In this document: one piece after another, positions 48,815 through 56,273 of the stretch
How positions within the stretch are numbered: position 1 is the stretch's first letter
Layout of the letters: each line of letters opens with the position of its first letter
Assembly (NCBI GenBank): GCA_050874665.1
Contig: JBNMLC010000006.1
Span: 12,930-76,929, forward strand
Source of the DNA: Lachnospiraceae bacterium
GTDB taxonomy: Bacteria; Bacillota; Clostridia; Lachnospirales; Lachnospiraceae
DNA length: 64,000 nucleotides
Direction of reading: 5' to 3'
The notes under the pieces: model-generated
What the model was told of the DNA's origin: nothing
Database searches by the model: none
Seen by the model: only the letters and a program-made list of their open reading frames with translations
Position numbers and translations under genes: made by a program

Positions 48815-48898
48815 TGCGGGAGATGGGACTTGAACCCACACGACGTTGCCATCACTAGATCCTTAGTCTAGCCTGTCTGCCAATTCCAGCACTCCCGC
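48815..48898 (-). tRNA. tRNA-Leu, anticodon reads AAG (type II, long variable arm)
   Basis: Hand fold: GCGGGAG UG CUG GAAUUGGCAGA CAG G CUAGA CUAAGGA UCUAG UGAUGGCAACGUCGU GUGGG UUCAAGU CCCAU CUCCCGC A. The 7-nt anticodon loop CU-AAG-GA has U33 and G37. No encoded CCA. Confidence 0.85.
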
Positions 48899-49039
48899 AT
48901 GTATTAAATTTTCCTGCCTCAGCAGTACAAACGTTAGTCTACTACGTTTGGCGAGATTTGTCAATATGTTTTTTTCATTTTTATATTTTTTTCATTTCAT
49001 CAAGCCCTCGCTTCTAAATGCTGTCAATAATTATAATGA

Positions 49040-49068
49040 CAAAAAAAGTCTTGAGAAATCTCAAGACT
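49040..49068 (-). terminator. intrinsic terminator just outside the islet
   Basis: Minus strand: AGUCUUGA-6 nt-UCAAGACU followed by UUUUUUG. Confidence 0.6.
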
Positions 49069-49074
49069 TTCATA

Positions 49075-49098
49075 TGCGGAAGATGGGACTTGAACCCA
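49075..49098 (-). repeat. 24-nt duplicate of the tRNA-Leu(CAG) 3' end (att-like direct repeat)
   Basis: tgcggaagatgggacttgaaccca is identical to 50773-50796 (25 nt counting the preceding a). Similarity stops abruptly at 49099. Confidence 0.8.
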
Positions 49099-49193
49099 TT
49101 GTTCCACAACAAAATAAACCAATAACAGAAAGGCTTTCAGTGCACTTCTATCATAACGTGTTCAAAAAGGTGTTCAACCTCACAAACTGGAAT

Positions 49194-49685
49194 TTATCTA
49201 TCTCGTTCTTCAATAATATGAATTATTTTTTTCTCATTAATAATATTGCTTATGTTCTCCTTAAGAAATGTTGGTTTGATTTCTTTTAACGCCATTTCTT
49301 CCAATGATAACCATACTAACTGTTCTCCTTGATCAGTTTTGCTCTTACATAATTTTAAATCTTCATCCAAAATTTTCATATAATAATAAAATTCTATTGT
49401 ATGGCAATCAAATCCATCAATCGTACCGCCTACACTCTTAAAAAAATTTTCACATATAACTGCGAGATGTTCCGCACATGTATGTATACCCGTTTCTTCA
49501 TAAATTTCTCTTTCTATACATGCTTTAGAAGTTTCACCTAAATGAACACCTCCACCAACCATGTAATAATAATCTCCAATAGCACTTTTTACAAATAACA
49601 TTTTATTATTATTGATGATAATTCCACCCGTCCGATATCTAAACCAATTATTCCCCTTTTCAAGTACACAATCGTATTTCATCAT
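49194..49685 (-). CDS. NUDIX hydrolase
   Basis: Nudix box GGGVHLGETSKACIEREIYEETGI (GX5EX7REUXEEXGU). GGAGG RBS. Confidence 0.8.
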   Translation of the reverse strand: MMKYDCVLEKGNNWFRYRTGGIIINNNKMLFVKSAIGDYYYMVGGGVHLGETSKACIEREIYEETGIHTCAEHLAVICENFFKSVGGTIDGFDCHTIEFYYYMKILDEDLKLCKSKTDQGEQLVWLSLEEMALKEIKPTFLKENISNIINEKKIIHIIEERDR

Positions 49686-50719
49686 TTACCTCCACAACTT
49701 TCGATTTTGTAAAATAAGTATACACTACTAACAATACATTTGCTAGATAATTTTGAAATCAATAATTGTACTTTTTGTTTTGTGCAATTTGCACAACAAA
49801 AATCATTATTTTTAACCTTCAAACCATTTTTTGCAAAAACTTTTTGCAATCTCACTGATTTCAAAAATCAACTCTATAACTTAATTTCCAACTAAACGAT
49901 TTGCCTTTTTGCGAATGGATTTTGGTATATTTCATGATGTAAAATACAGTTATGACAAGCTTGTTACGAACACTTTATCAACTGTACTTATATATCCAAG
50001 AGGTGAAAAAATGAAAAAAAACTATTTATTCTGCTATGAAAACATATGTAGAATCAACACTTTCTGATGTTCCAAACGAACTTATTTCTATAAATTCTGA
50101 TTCTTCAAGTGAAACAAGATGTTTGATGTCTGTTTTTTGGGGCTTGATTACCATAATTCACATTTTTGAAAACATGTCAAGGGCGTACGTAGTGCGTTTA
50201 TATACCCCTGACATGCGTCAAAAATGTGTCACTCTATGTGAGCCCCAAAACATGTGAAAGGAGAAACAATGATACCATATATGCAAGGATTTTCTTATTA
50301 TCAAACGAGGTAAAATCTATTTTAGAAACTACAATTTATAATATGGCTTATTTTTGACAGGGTATTTGTATTATGAACAGTTATAAATCAAAAATCGTAA
50401 ATTACGGATATAAAGAAAAAGTCATTGTATATGACAATCCAATAACAATTGGTGAATCCATTAACACTGATATAGAGCGGCAAAAATATCAAGATATGGA
50501 TTCCGAAAAACAAAAATTATCTGACCAACGAAGAATCAGATATTATAAAAAGCAATAAAGGAATTGATTGAAATTGCGATGATGAATGATTATTTTTCTA
50601 CAACAGTAAAGCATTATATGTATGTTACTGACACTATGGAGCATCGCTCAAGTGCCTATGAAACAGCTATCGGTAGTAAAATAAACAACGTGTTCAACAG
50701 TGTTCAATCATTGTAATAA

Positions 50720-50758
50720 TAAAAAAATAAGGAAACCTCTCTAATAAAAAGGTTTCCT
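50720..50758 (-). terminator. terminator after tRNA-Leu(CAG)
   Basis: Minus strand: AGGAAACC-13 nt-GGUUUCCU followed by UAUUUUUUUAUU. Confidence 0.55.
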
Positions 50759-50772
50759 CATTTTTCATGTAA

Positions 50773-50856
50773 TGCGGAAGATGGGACTTGAACCCACACA
50801 GGCCGAAGCCTACAAGAACCTGAATCTTGCTCGTCTGCCAATTCCGACACTTCCGC
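50773..50856 (-). tRNA. tRNA-Leu (anticodon CAG)
   Basis: Hand fold: GCGGAAG UG UCG GAAUUGGCAGA CGA G CAAGA UUCAGGU UCUUG UAGGCUUCGGCCUGU GUGGG UUCAAGU CCCAU CUUCCGC A. Confidence 0.92.
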
Positions 50857-50949
50857 ATGACCACAACTAATGTTACCAAGTTTTTGCAGAAATGTCAATC
50901 AAAATTTTCGCAATTTTCTAAAAAACTTTGAAAACTATCATTGCATGAA

Positions 50950-52023
50950 TTAATCTCCAAAAATATATCGAAATACTTCATTCTCTTGTAAAATCTCTTT
51001 TGCCTTTTCTCTATACTGTTCCTCATGAATATACGTATGACGATATGGCTTTATAGATGGTGCCAAATCAATTGCTTTTATAAAATCTTCCCGCTGCAAA
51101 TCAAGTGTTGCTGCATAATCAAAAAATCCTGTATCCGTAAAAATCGTATGGATACGCTTATACCTATGATTTTGGACAATACTCATCAGATAAGTGGCCA
51201 GCCCCACTTGTATCCCGTGTAACTGCGGCACCTCTAATATCTTATCTAATGCATGGGAAATCAAATGTTCACTTCCACTAGAAGGAGCACTATTGCCGGC
51301 AATTTCATTAGCAATTCCACTCATTGCCAAAGAATCCACCAATTCTCTTAAAAACAAATCATCCTTAATACTGTCACTTTCAAAAGAGGTCCGCACAAAA
51401 CTGTTCACCGCTTTTTTCGCAATCATCATGGCAAAATCATTCAATGTGTCATATCCCTGTCTATCTTCATATAACCAATCATACAGCGCTGTTATCTTTG
51501 ACACCAAATCCCCAATACCTGAATAAATAAATTTATCCGGTGCACTTTTAATGACATCCGTATCTACAATGATTCCATACGCCAGCCTTGCCGGTACCGA
51601 TGTTCTTTTTCCTTCTACTAGTAAAGAGGCACTCGAACTGGAAAATCCATCGCTCGATGCCGATGTTGGTATACTGATAAAAGGCATTTTTCTCAAGTAT
51701 GCTGCATATTTTGCTACATCGATTACCTTTCCTCCCCCGATTCCTAAAATAGCCTGTGTTTTTGTATTTATTCCAAAAGCAAGTTCCACGATATCGTTAA
51801 TATCCGTCGAATCTAGTTCTCTGCAGTCTAACAGTTGAATATCATTTTCTTCTAGCGATTTCATCACTGTCTTTCCGAACATGTCTATCAGACCATTTCC
51901 AAAAAATACCACCACACTGTAAAATTCATTTTCCTTTAAATACTTCCCTATTTCTCCTAATGTTCCACTTCCAACCTTCAAAATTGAAGGAATGGAAATT
52001 CTGCTTCCTATTACATTCTTCAT
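50950..52023 (-). CDS. sn-glycerol-1-phosphate dehydrogenase-like (AraM/EgsA family, iron-ADH superfamily)
   Basis: GIGGGKVIDVAKY and IPTSASSDGFSS motifs. ATG at 52023 sits 6 nt after GAGG. The track ORF starts at GTG 52035. Confidence 0.7.
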   Translation of the reverse strand: MKNVIGSRISIPSILKVGSGTLGEIGKYLKENEFYSVVVFFGNGLIDMFGKTVMKSLEENDIQLLDCRELDSTDINDIVELAFGINTKTQAILGIGGGKVIDVAKYAAYLRKMPFISIPTSASSDGFSSSSASLLVEGKRTSVPARLAYGIIVDTDVIKSAPDKFIYSGIGDLVSKITALYDWLYEDRQGYDTLNDFAMMIAKKAVNSFVRTSFESDSIKDDLFLRELVDSLAMSGIANEIAGNSAPSSGSEHLISHALDKILEVPQLHGIQVGLATYLMSIVQNHRYKRIHTIFTDTGFFDYAATLDLQREDFIKAIDLAPSIKPYRHTYIHEEQYREKAKEILQENEVFRYIFGD

Positions 52024-52038
52024 AAACAACCTCACATT

Positions 52039-52308
52039 TTAGGATTCTTTTCCTTCCATAATCGCAGCTAACACCTTATCATCTCTTGCCTGATTAATCC
52101 TGTTTAATACATCTTCTGCATAGCTGGCAACGTCATTCTTTTGCGCACTTTCTTCATTGCCGTCTGCTTCCTTTTTCGCATCCATTGGAAGGTAAATCTC
52201 ATTTCCCTCTTCCCCAATTACATTTTTCTTTTCTTCATAATTACAATTATACCATTTTACGATATTTTTATGTTCTTTTCTATTGCGAATGTCAATTAAA
52301 TCTTCCAT
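52039..52308 (-). CDS. hypothetical protein (89 aa)
   Basis: ATG at 52308 sits 8 nt after AAGGAG. No family recognised. Confidence 0.45.
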   Translation of the reverse strand: MEDLIDIRNRKEHKNIVKWYNCNYEEKKNVIGEEGNEIYLPMDAKKEADGNEESAQKNDVASYAEDVLNRINQARDDKVLAAIMEGKES

Positions 52309-52340
52309 TACCCTCACTCCTTCATCTTATCAACCGGTTA

Positions 52341-52748
52341 CTAACAGCCATATCTTTCAAAATATTCAATCAGCTCATCCTCTGATTTATCTTTACAAAA
52401 AGCGGTAAGCATTTGCAGCAATACAAGGTATTCATCTAATAATGCGTCTGTTTTTTCATGAATCAGACCTATATTTTCCTCCTTTCCTGCAATTTCCATT
52501 TCCTTTGCATGTGCTGATAAATCTATTGCCCCAATGGACGCTGCCGAACTTTTCAGACCATGAACAGCCACAATATAATCTTTCCAATTTTCTTCTTTAT
52601 ACAGCTTTTTTATCAATGGAAGCTTATTCCTTCCCTCTTTTATAAATACTGTCAAAACATTCTGATACAGATTTGCACTATCTCCACAGCATTCTATTCC
52701 TTTTCTTATCTGAATCTGTTGTGGAAATACATTTTCTTCTTTTGTCAC
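52341..52748 (-). CDS. Hpt (histidine phosphotransfer) domain protein
   Basis: AVHGLKSSAASIGA matches the HxxKG phospho-His motif. GTG start 8 nt after GGGAGG. Confidence 0.7.
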   Translation of the reverse strand: MTKEENVFPQQIQIRKGIECCGDSANLYQNVLTVFIKEGRNKLPLIKKLYKEENWKDYIVAVHGLKSSAASIGAIDLSAHAKEMEIAGKEENIGLIHEKTDALLDEYLVLLQMLTAFCKDKSEDELIEYFERYGC

Positions 52749-52873
52749 GGAATTTGCCTCCCTTTTATCTATATGCTATATAAAATTATAACATATAACT
52801 GCTTTTTTTGCAATTTGCACAGAATATTTATTTCATTTTTTAAATTTATCATCAAATTCGCTATAATTTGCAG

Positions 52874-54127
52874 CTACATCATTCCACTTACGTGGGCGTA
52901 ATATTCTTTCGGCACATAGCCACGTATAAAAATCCCCTCTGGCCTGTATTCTTCCTCTAATAAGCTTCCGTATTTTCGAACCAGTTGAATCACAGATGTT
53001 TCTGCATAAGGAACTACTCTCTCTACATACATCTGCCTGGAATGAAGATACCCCCTGATAAGCTCTTTTACTTCTTCAAATCCGATTCCTTCTTTTGCCG
53101 AAATCAAAAGAACAGACTTTGCATGAATATCCTTTAATTCTGCATACCGCACCTCCTGCAATCTGTCTATTTTATTAAACAATGTATATATCGGTTTATT
53201 TTCCACGCCTAAATCTTCCAAGGTTTTATATACCGTTTCCATCTGTGCTTCCATTTGAGGATTAGAAGCATCCACAACATGCAATATCATATCTGCATAT
53301 TTAGCCTCTTCTAATGTACTTTTAAACGCTTCAATCAGATGATGAGGAAGCTTACGGATAAATCCAACAGTGTCCGTAAGCATTACCTGTTCTTTATTTT
53401 CAAGTTCTAATACCCTTGTCGTCGGATCTAAGGTAGCAAATAGCTTGTCCTCCTCTAACACCGCTGCACCTGTCAGTGCATTCAGTAACGTGGACTTTCC
53501 GGCATTTGTATATCCTACTATAGCAATTACCGGCTGTGTACTATCCATTCGCTGTTTTCGCATAACTTCTCTGTGGCGTTTAACATCATTTAACTCGCTA
53601 TTTAGCTGTGCAATTCTGCTTTTTACCAGTCGTCTGTCCATTTCGAGTTTCTTCTCGCCAGGACCTCTTGTTCCAATTCCTCCTCCCAGACGTGAAAGCG
53701 AACTCCGCAATCCAACCAAACGTGCCAGACGGTATTTCAACTGCGCCAGCTCTACTTGTATTTTTCCTTCTGCCGTAGTAGCTCTATTAGCAAAAATATC
53801 CAGAATAATCAAAGTTCTATCCATTACTTTAATGTCAAGCTCCTGTTCTAAATTATGCATTTGAGCCGGCGAAAGTTCGTCATCACAAATCACACCTGTT
53901 GCATTCTTTTCTCTAATCAGTTCCGCTACTTCTTCTATTTTTCCCTTTCCAATGTATGTTTTCTGATGAAGCGCCTCTCTGTTCTGGATAACCTTCCCCA
54001 CCGTGACGGCACCCGCCGTTGCGGCTAATTCTTCCAGTTCGTCCATACTTTCCTCTGCTTCTCTATCATCTCCCGTGTTTACTCCTATGAGTATGACATA
54101 TTCTTTTACTTCTTCTATTTTTTCCAT
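52874..54127 (-). CDS. hflX: GTPase HflX
   Basis: GYTNAGKSTLLN (G1), DTVGF (G3) and NKID (G4), with an N-terminal HflX domain. Confidence 0.93.
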   Translation of the reverse strand: MEKIEEVKEYVILIGVNTGDDREAEESMDELEELAATAGAVTVGKVIQNREALHQKTYIGKGKIEEVAELIREKNATGVICDDELSPAQMHNLEQELDIKVMDRTLIILDIFANRATTAEGKIQVELAQLKYRLARLVGLRSSLSRLGGGIGTRGPGEKKLEMDRRLVKSRIAQLNSELNDVKRHREVMRKQRMDSTQPVIAIVGYTNAGKSTLLNALTGAAVLEEDKLFATLDPTTRVLELENKEQVMLTDTVGFIRKLPHHLIEAFKSTLEEAKYADMILHVVDASNPQMEAQMETVYKTLEDLGVENKPIYTLFNKIDRLQEVRYAELKDIHAKSVLLISAKEGIGFEEVKELIRGYLHSRQMYVERVVPYAETSVIQLVRKYGSLLEEEYRPEGIFIRGYVPKEYYAHVSGMM

Positions 54128-54140
54128 GCACTCTTATCCT

Positions 54141-54317
54141 TTATAGCTCTACTATTTCATATTGCATCATTTCATATTTTAATTGCGAACCTTCTGCAAT
54201 TTCTGGCGGAAGTAACGCTCTTGCCACAAGTTTCAAATCATCACTTTCCCTATCTGTCCTCTTTAAATTTGCATAGTCGCCATCAATGCTGACTACCTCA
54301 TAATACCAGGTTTCCAT
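54141..54317 (-). CDS. DUF3006-like small protein (58 aa)
   Basis: Below the track cutoff. METWYYEVVSIDGDYANLKRTDRESDDLKLVARALLPPEIAEGSQLKYEMMQYEIVEL. TAGGAGAAG RBS. Ends 14 nt before hflX. Confidence 0.5.
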   Translation of the reverse strand: METWYYEVVSIDGDYANLKRTDRESDDLKLVARALLPPEIAEGSQLKYEMMQYEIVEL

Positions 54318-54375
54318 TATCTTCTCCTATTTTGCACATTTTTTCTATAATTTATCATACCTTTGCTTTTATGCG

Positions 54376-54411
54376 GAAAAACCCCTCGAAAATTCACTCC
54401 GAGGGGTTTTC
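54376..54411 (-). terminator. intrinsic terminator after rplT
   Basis: Minus strand: AAAACCCCUCG-11 nt-CGAGGGGUUUUU. Confidence 0.7.
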
Positions 54412-54424
54412 TGCCAATTGCTAA

Positions 54425-54781
54425 TTAAGCAATTTTAGATTTTGCTAATTCTGCTAATGTTGCAAATCCTTCTGCATCATTTACTGCCATTTCAGCAAGC
54501 ATTTTTCTGTTTACTTCAACACCTGCTAATTTTAATCCGTACATAAATTTGCTGTAAGATAATCCGTTGATTCTTGCAGCGGCGTTAATTCTTGCAATCC
54601 ATAACTGTCTGAACTGACGTTTTCTTTCTTTTCTACCAGCATAAGAACTTGTTAAAGCTCTCATTACAGACTGTTTTGCTACTCTATACTGTTTAGAACG
54701 TGCTCCTCTGTATCCCTTAGCCAGTTTTAATACTTTTTTATGTTTTTTCTTGGCATTCATGCCGCCTTTAATTCTTGCCAT
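54425..54781 (-). CDS. rplT: 50S ribosomal protein L20
   Basis: [27 protein letters not shown]... is a canonical L20. Confidence 0.97.
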   Translation of the reverse strand: MARIKGGMNAKKKHKKVLKLAKGYRGARSKQYRVAKQSVMRALTSSYAGRKERKRQFRQLWIARINAAARINGLSYSKFMYGLKLAGVEVNRKMLAEMAVNDAEGFATLAELAKSKIA

Positions 54782-54803
54782 TTCTCTATTTCCTCCTTAT
54801 AAA

Positions 54804-55001
54804 TTAGATGTAAGGTAAAATCTTCTTCATTGTCTTTACGTTTGTTGCATCTGTAATTGCAGGTTTTCTAAGATTTCTCTTTCTCTTAGTTGTCTTTTTT
54901 GTTAAGATATGGCTCTTATAAGCTTTATTTCTCTTTAATTTACCTGTACCTGTTGCTTTGAAACGCTTTGCAGCGGCTCTTTTAGTTTTCATTTTTGGCA
55001 T
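54804..55001 (-). CDS. rpmI: 50S ribosomal protein L35
   Basis: [24 protein letters not shown]... is a canonical L35. Confidence 0.95.
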   Translation of the reverse strand: MPKMKTKRAAAKRFKATGTGKLKRNKAYKSHILTKKTTKRKRNLRKPAITDATNVKTMKKILPYI

Positions 55002-55037
55002 ATTAATTTCCTCCTATACTACTACTATCTTTCTATT

Positions 55038-55544
55038 TTAACGTTTTTCAGTTAAAAACATTGTAATACTTCTGCCCTCCACTTTGGCAGCTTTTTCTAC
55101 TACTGCTACATCATTCAACATTTCTGCAAAATCATCTAAGATGTGCTTACTCTGCTGCATATGTGCCATTTCTCTGCCACGGAAACGCAATGTAACTTTT
55201 ACTTTATCACCTTTTGCAATAAATTTTCTTGCTGCGTTTACTTTTGTTCGTAAGTCATTTTCCTCAATGTTTGGAGATAAACGAACTTCCTTTACATCGA
55301 TTACTTTCTGTTTTTTCTTGGCTTCTTTCTCTCTCCGCACCAACTCATACTTATACTTTCCGTAATCAACAATTTTGCATACCGGTGGTTTCGCTGTAGG
55401 AGCAATCTTAACCAAGTCAAGATCCGCTTCTTTTGCAAGTGCAAATGCTTCTCTTGCAGACATGATTCCTAACTGTTCTCCATCTTCACCAATTACACGT
55501 ACTTCCTTGTCTCTAATTTGTTCGTTAATCATTAAATCACTAAT
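55038..55544 (-). CDS. infC: translation initiation factor IF-3, probable ATT start
   Basis: INEQIRDKEVRVIGEDGEQLG. GGAGGTG lies 7 nt before an in-frame ATT at 55542-55544. The first ATG (55532) would be 19 nt from the SD. Confidence 0.93.
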   Translation of the reverse strand: MSDLMINEQIRDKEVRVIGEDGEQLGIMSAREAFALAKEADLDLVKIAPTAKPPVCKIVDYGKYKYELVRREKEAKKKQKVIDVKEVRLSPNIEENDLRTKVNAARKFIAKGDKVKVTLRFRGREMAHMQQSKHILDDFAEMLNDVAVVEKAAKVEGRSITMFLTEKR

Positions 55545-55730
55545 AACCGTGCACCTCCATCACAATCTGAAAATTTCTAATTTTTAATGAGCAAAAAAAT
55601 AAGTAGATAGACAGACTATCCACTTACCGATCAGGCATTTGCCTTATAATCAATATAAACACTTAGTCGCCCATTTGCGCTAAGGTGAGAGCGGATACTC
55701 TGCTTTGTTTTATTTGCTTTTCACAACTCA
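55545..55730 (-). promoter_or_regulatory. infC-rpmI-rplT leader with an intrinsic terminator (L20-leader-type attenuator candidate)
   Basis: TTGACA (55757-55762) promoter, then a ~180-nt leader containing AAGUGGAUAG-5 nt-CUAUCUACUU plus AUUUUUUUG (55591-55625), about 45 nt before the infC SD. Confidence 0.5.
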
Positions 55731-55892
55731 TATAGAATATCACAACATTGCCTATGTGTCAAGCAAATTTATTTCTTTTTCATACATATTTTTTACATAT
55801 CTCCATACCCTATTCGTGTGATGCGCAATAGAAATCACTCTACTACCTTTCTATTGTCACAAAATATAAATCATATTACTGGAGGTTTTATC

Positions 55893-56207
55893 ATGACAGA
55901 CTTAATTTGCAGTGCCACAAGTTGTACCTACAACAAAGATAGGCTATGTGCCAAAGGAGATATTTTAGTCTCCGGTTCTGATGCCGAAAAATCAAGTGAA
56001 ACTCATTGTGACAGTTTTATCGGTGCCGGCAGAGACTGTTACTGCAACAGTTCCTCTGAAGGAAAAGAAAAAATTGCAGTAAAATGCGAAGCAATCAATT
56101 GCATTTTCAACGAGGAGCGTGCCTGTTCCGCTGAACATATTGGTATTTCCGGGCAGCAGGCACATTCTTCCTCCGAAACTGAATGTGCCAGTTTCCAAAA
56201 GCGATAA
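55893..56207 (+). CDS. DUF1540 domain protein
   Basis: Two repeats of C..C.YN....C.A..I.V.G....S.ET.C.SF. ATG at 55893 follows GGAGG. The track ORF begins earlier, at GTG 55818. Confidence 0.7.
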   Translation: MTDLICSATSCTYNKDRLCAKGDILVSGSDAEKSSETHCDSFIGAGRDCYCNSSSEGKEKIAVKCEAINCIFNEERACSAEHIGISGQQAHSSSETECASFQKR

Positions 56208-56218
56208 GTGCTACTATG

Positions 56219-56245
56219 AAAAACCGGGGGATTTCCCCGGTTTTT
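56219..56245. terminator. bidirectional terminator between the DUF1540 gene and thrS
   Basis: AAAAACCGGGG-5 nt-CCCCGGTTTTT. Confidence 0.75.
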
Positions 56246-56273
56246 GTATTTCACTGCAGAAGAATATTTTTTA

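Larger units (their letters stand above)
49099..50772. mobile_element. decayed tRNA-Leu-targeted integrative islet (~1.7 kb, no integrase)
   Basis: Bounded by the full tRNA-Leu(CAG) and the 24-nt copy of its 3' end. Contains a NUDIX gene, short SD-less ORFs, a long palindrome and a frameshifted Rep-like fragment. Confidence 0.45.

Noticed and set aside
48948-49289. 113-aa plus-strand ORF
   Set aside because: It runs across a promoter region, a strong terminator hairpin, the tRNA 3'-end fragment and the 3' end of the NUDIX gene. It has no SD.
49682-49864. 60-aa minus-strand ORF upstream of the NUDIX gene
   Set aside because: It has a TTG start, no SD and a Lys/Cys-biased sequence. It is more likely the 5' UTR/promoter region of the NUDIX gene.
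50694-50879. 61-aa minus-strand ORF
   Set aside because: It is entirely explained by tRNA-Leu(CAG) and its terminator.
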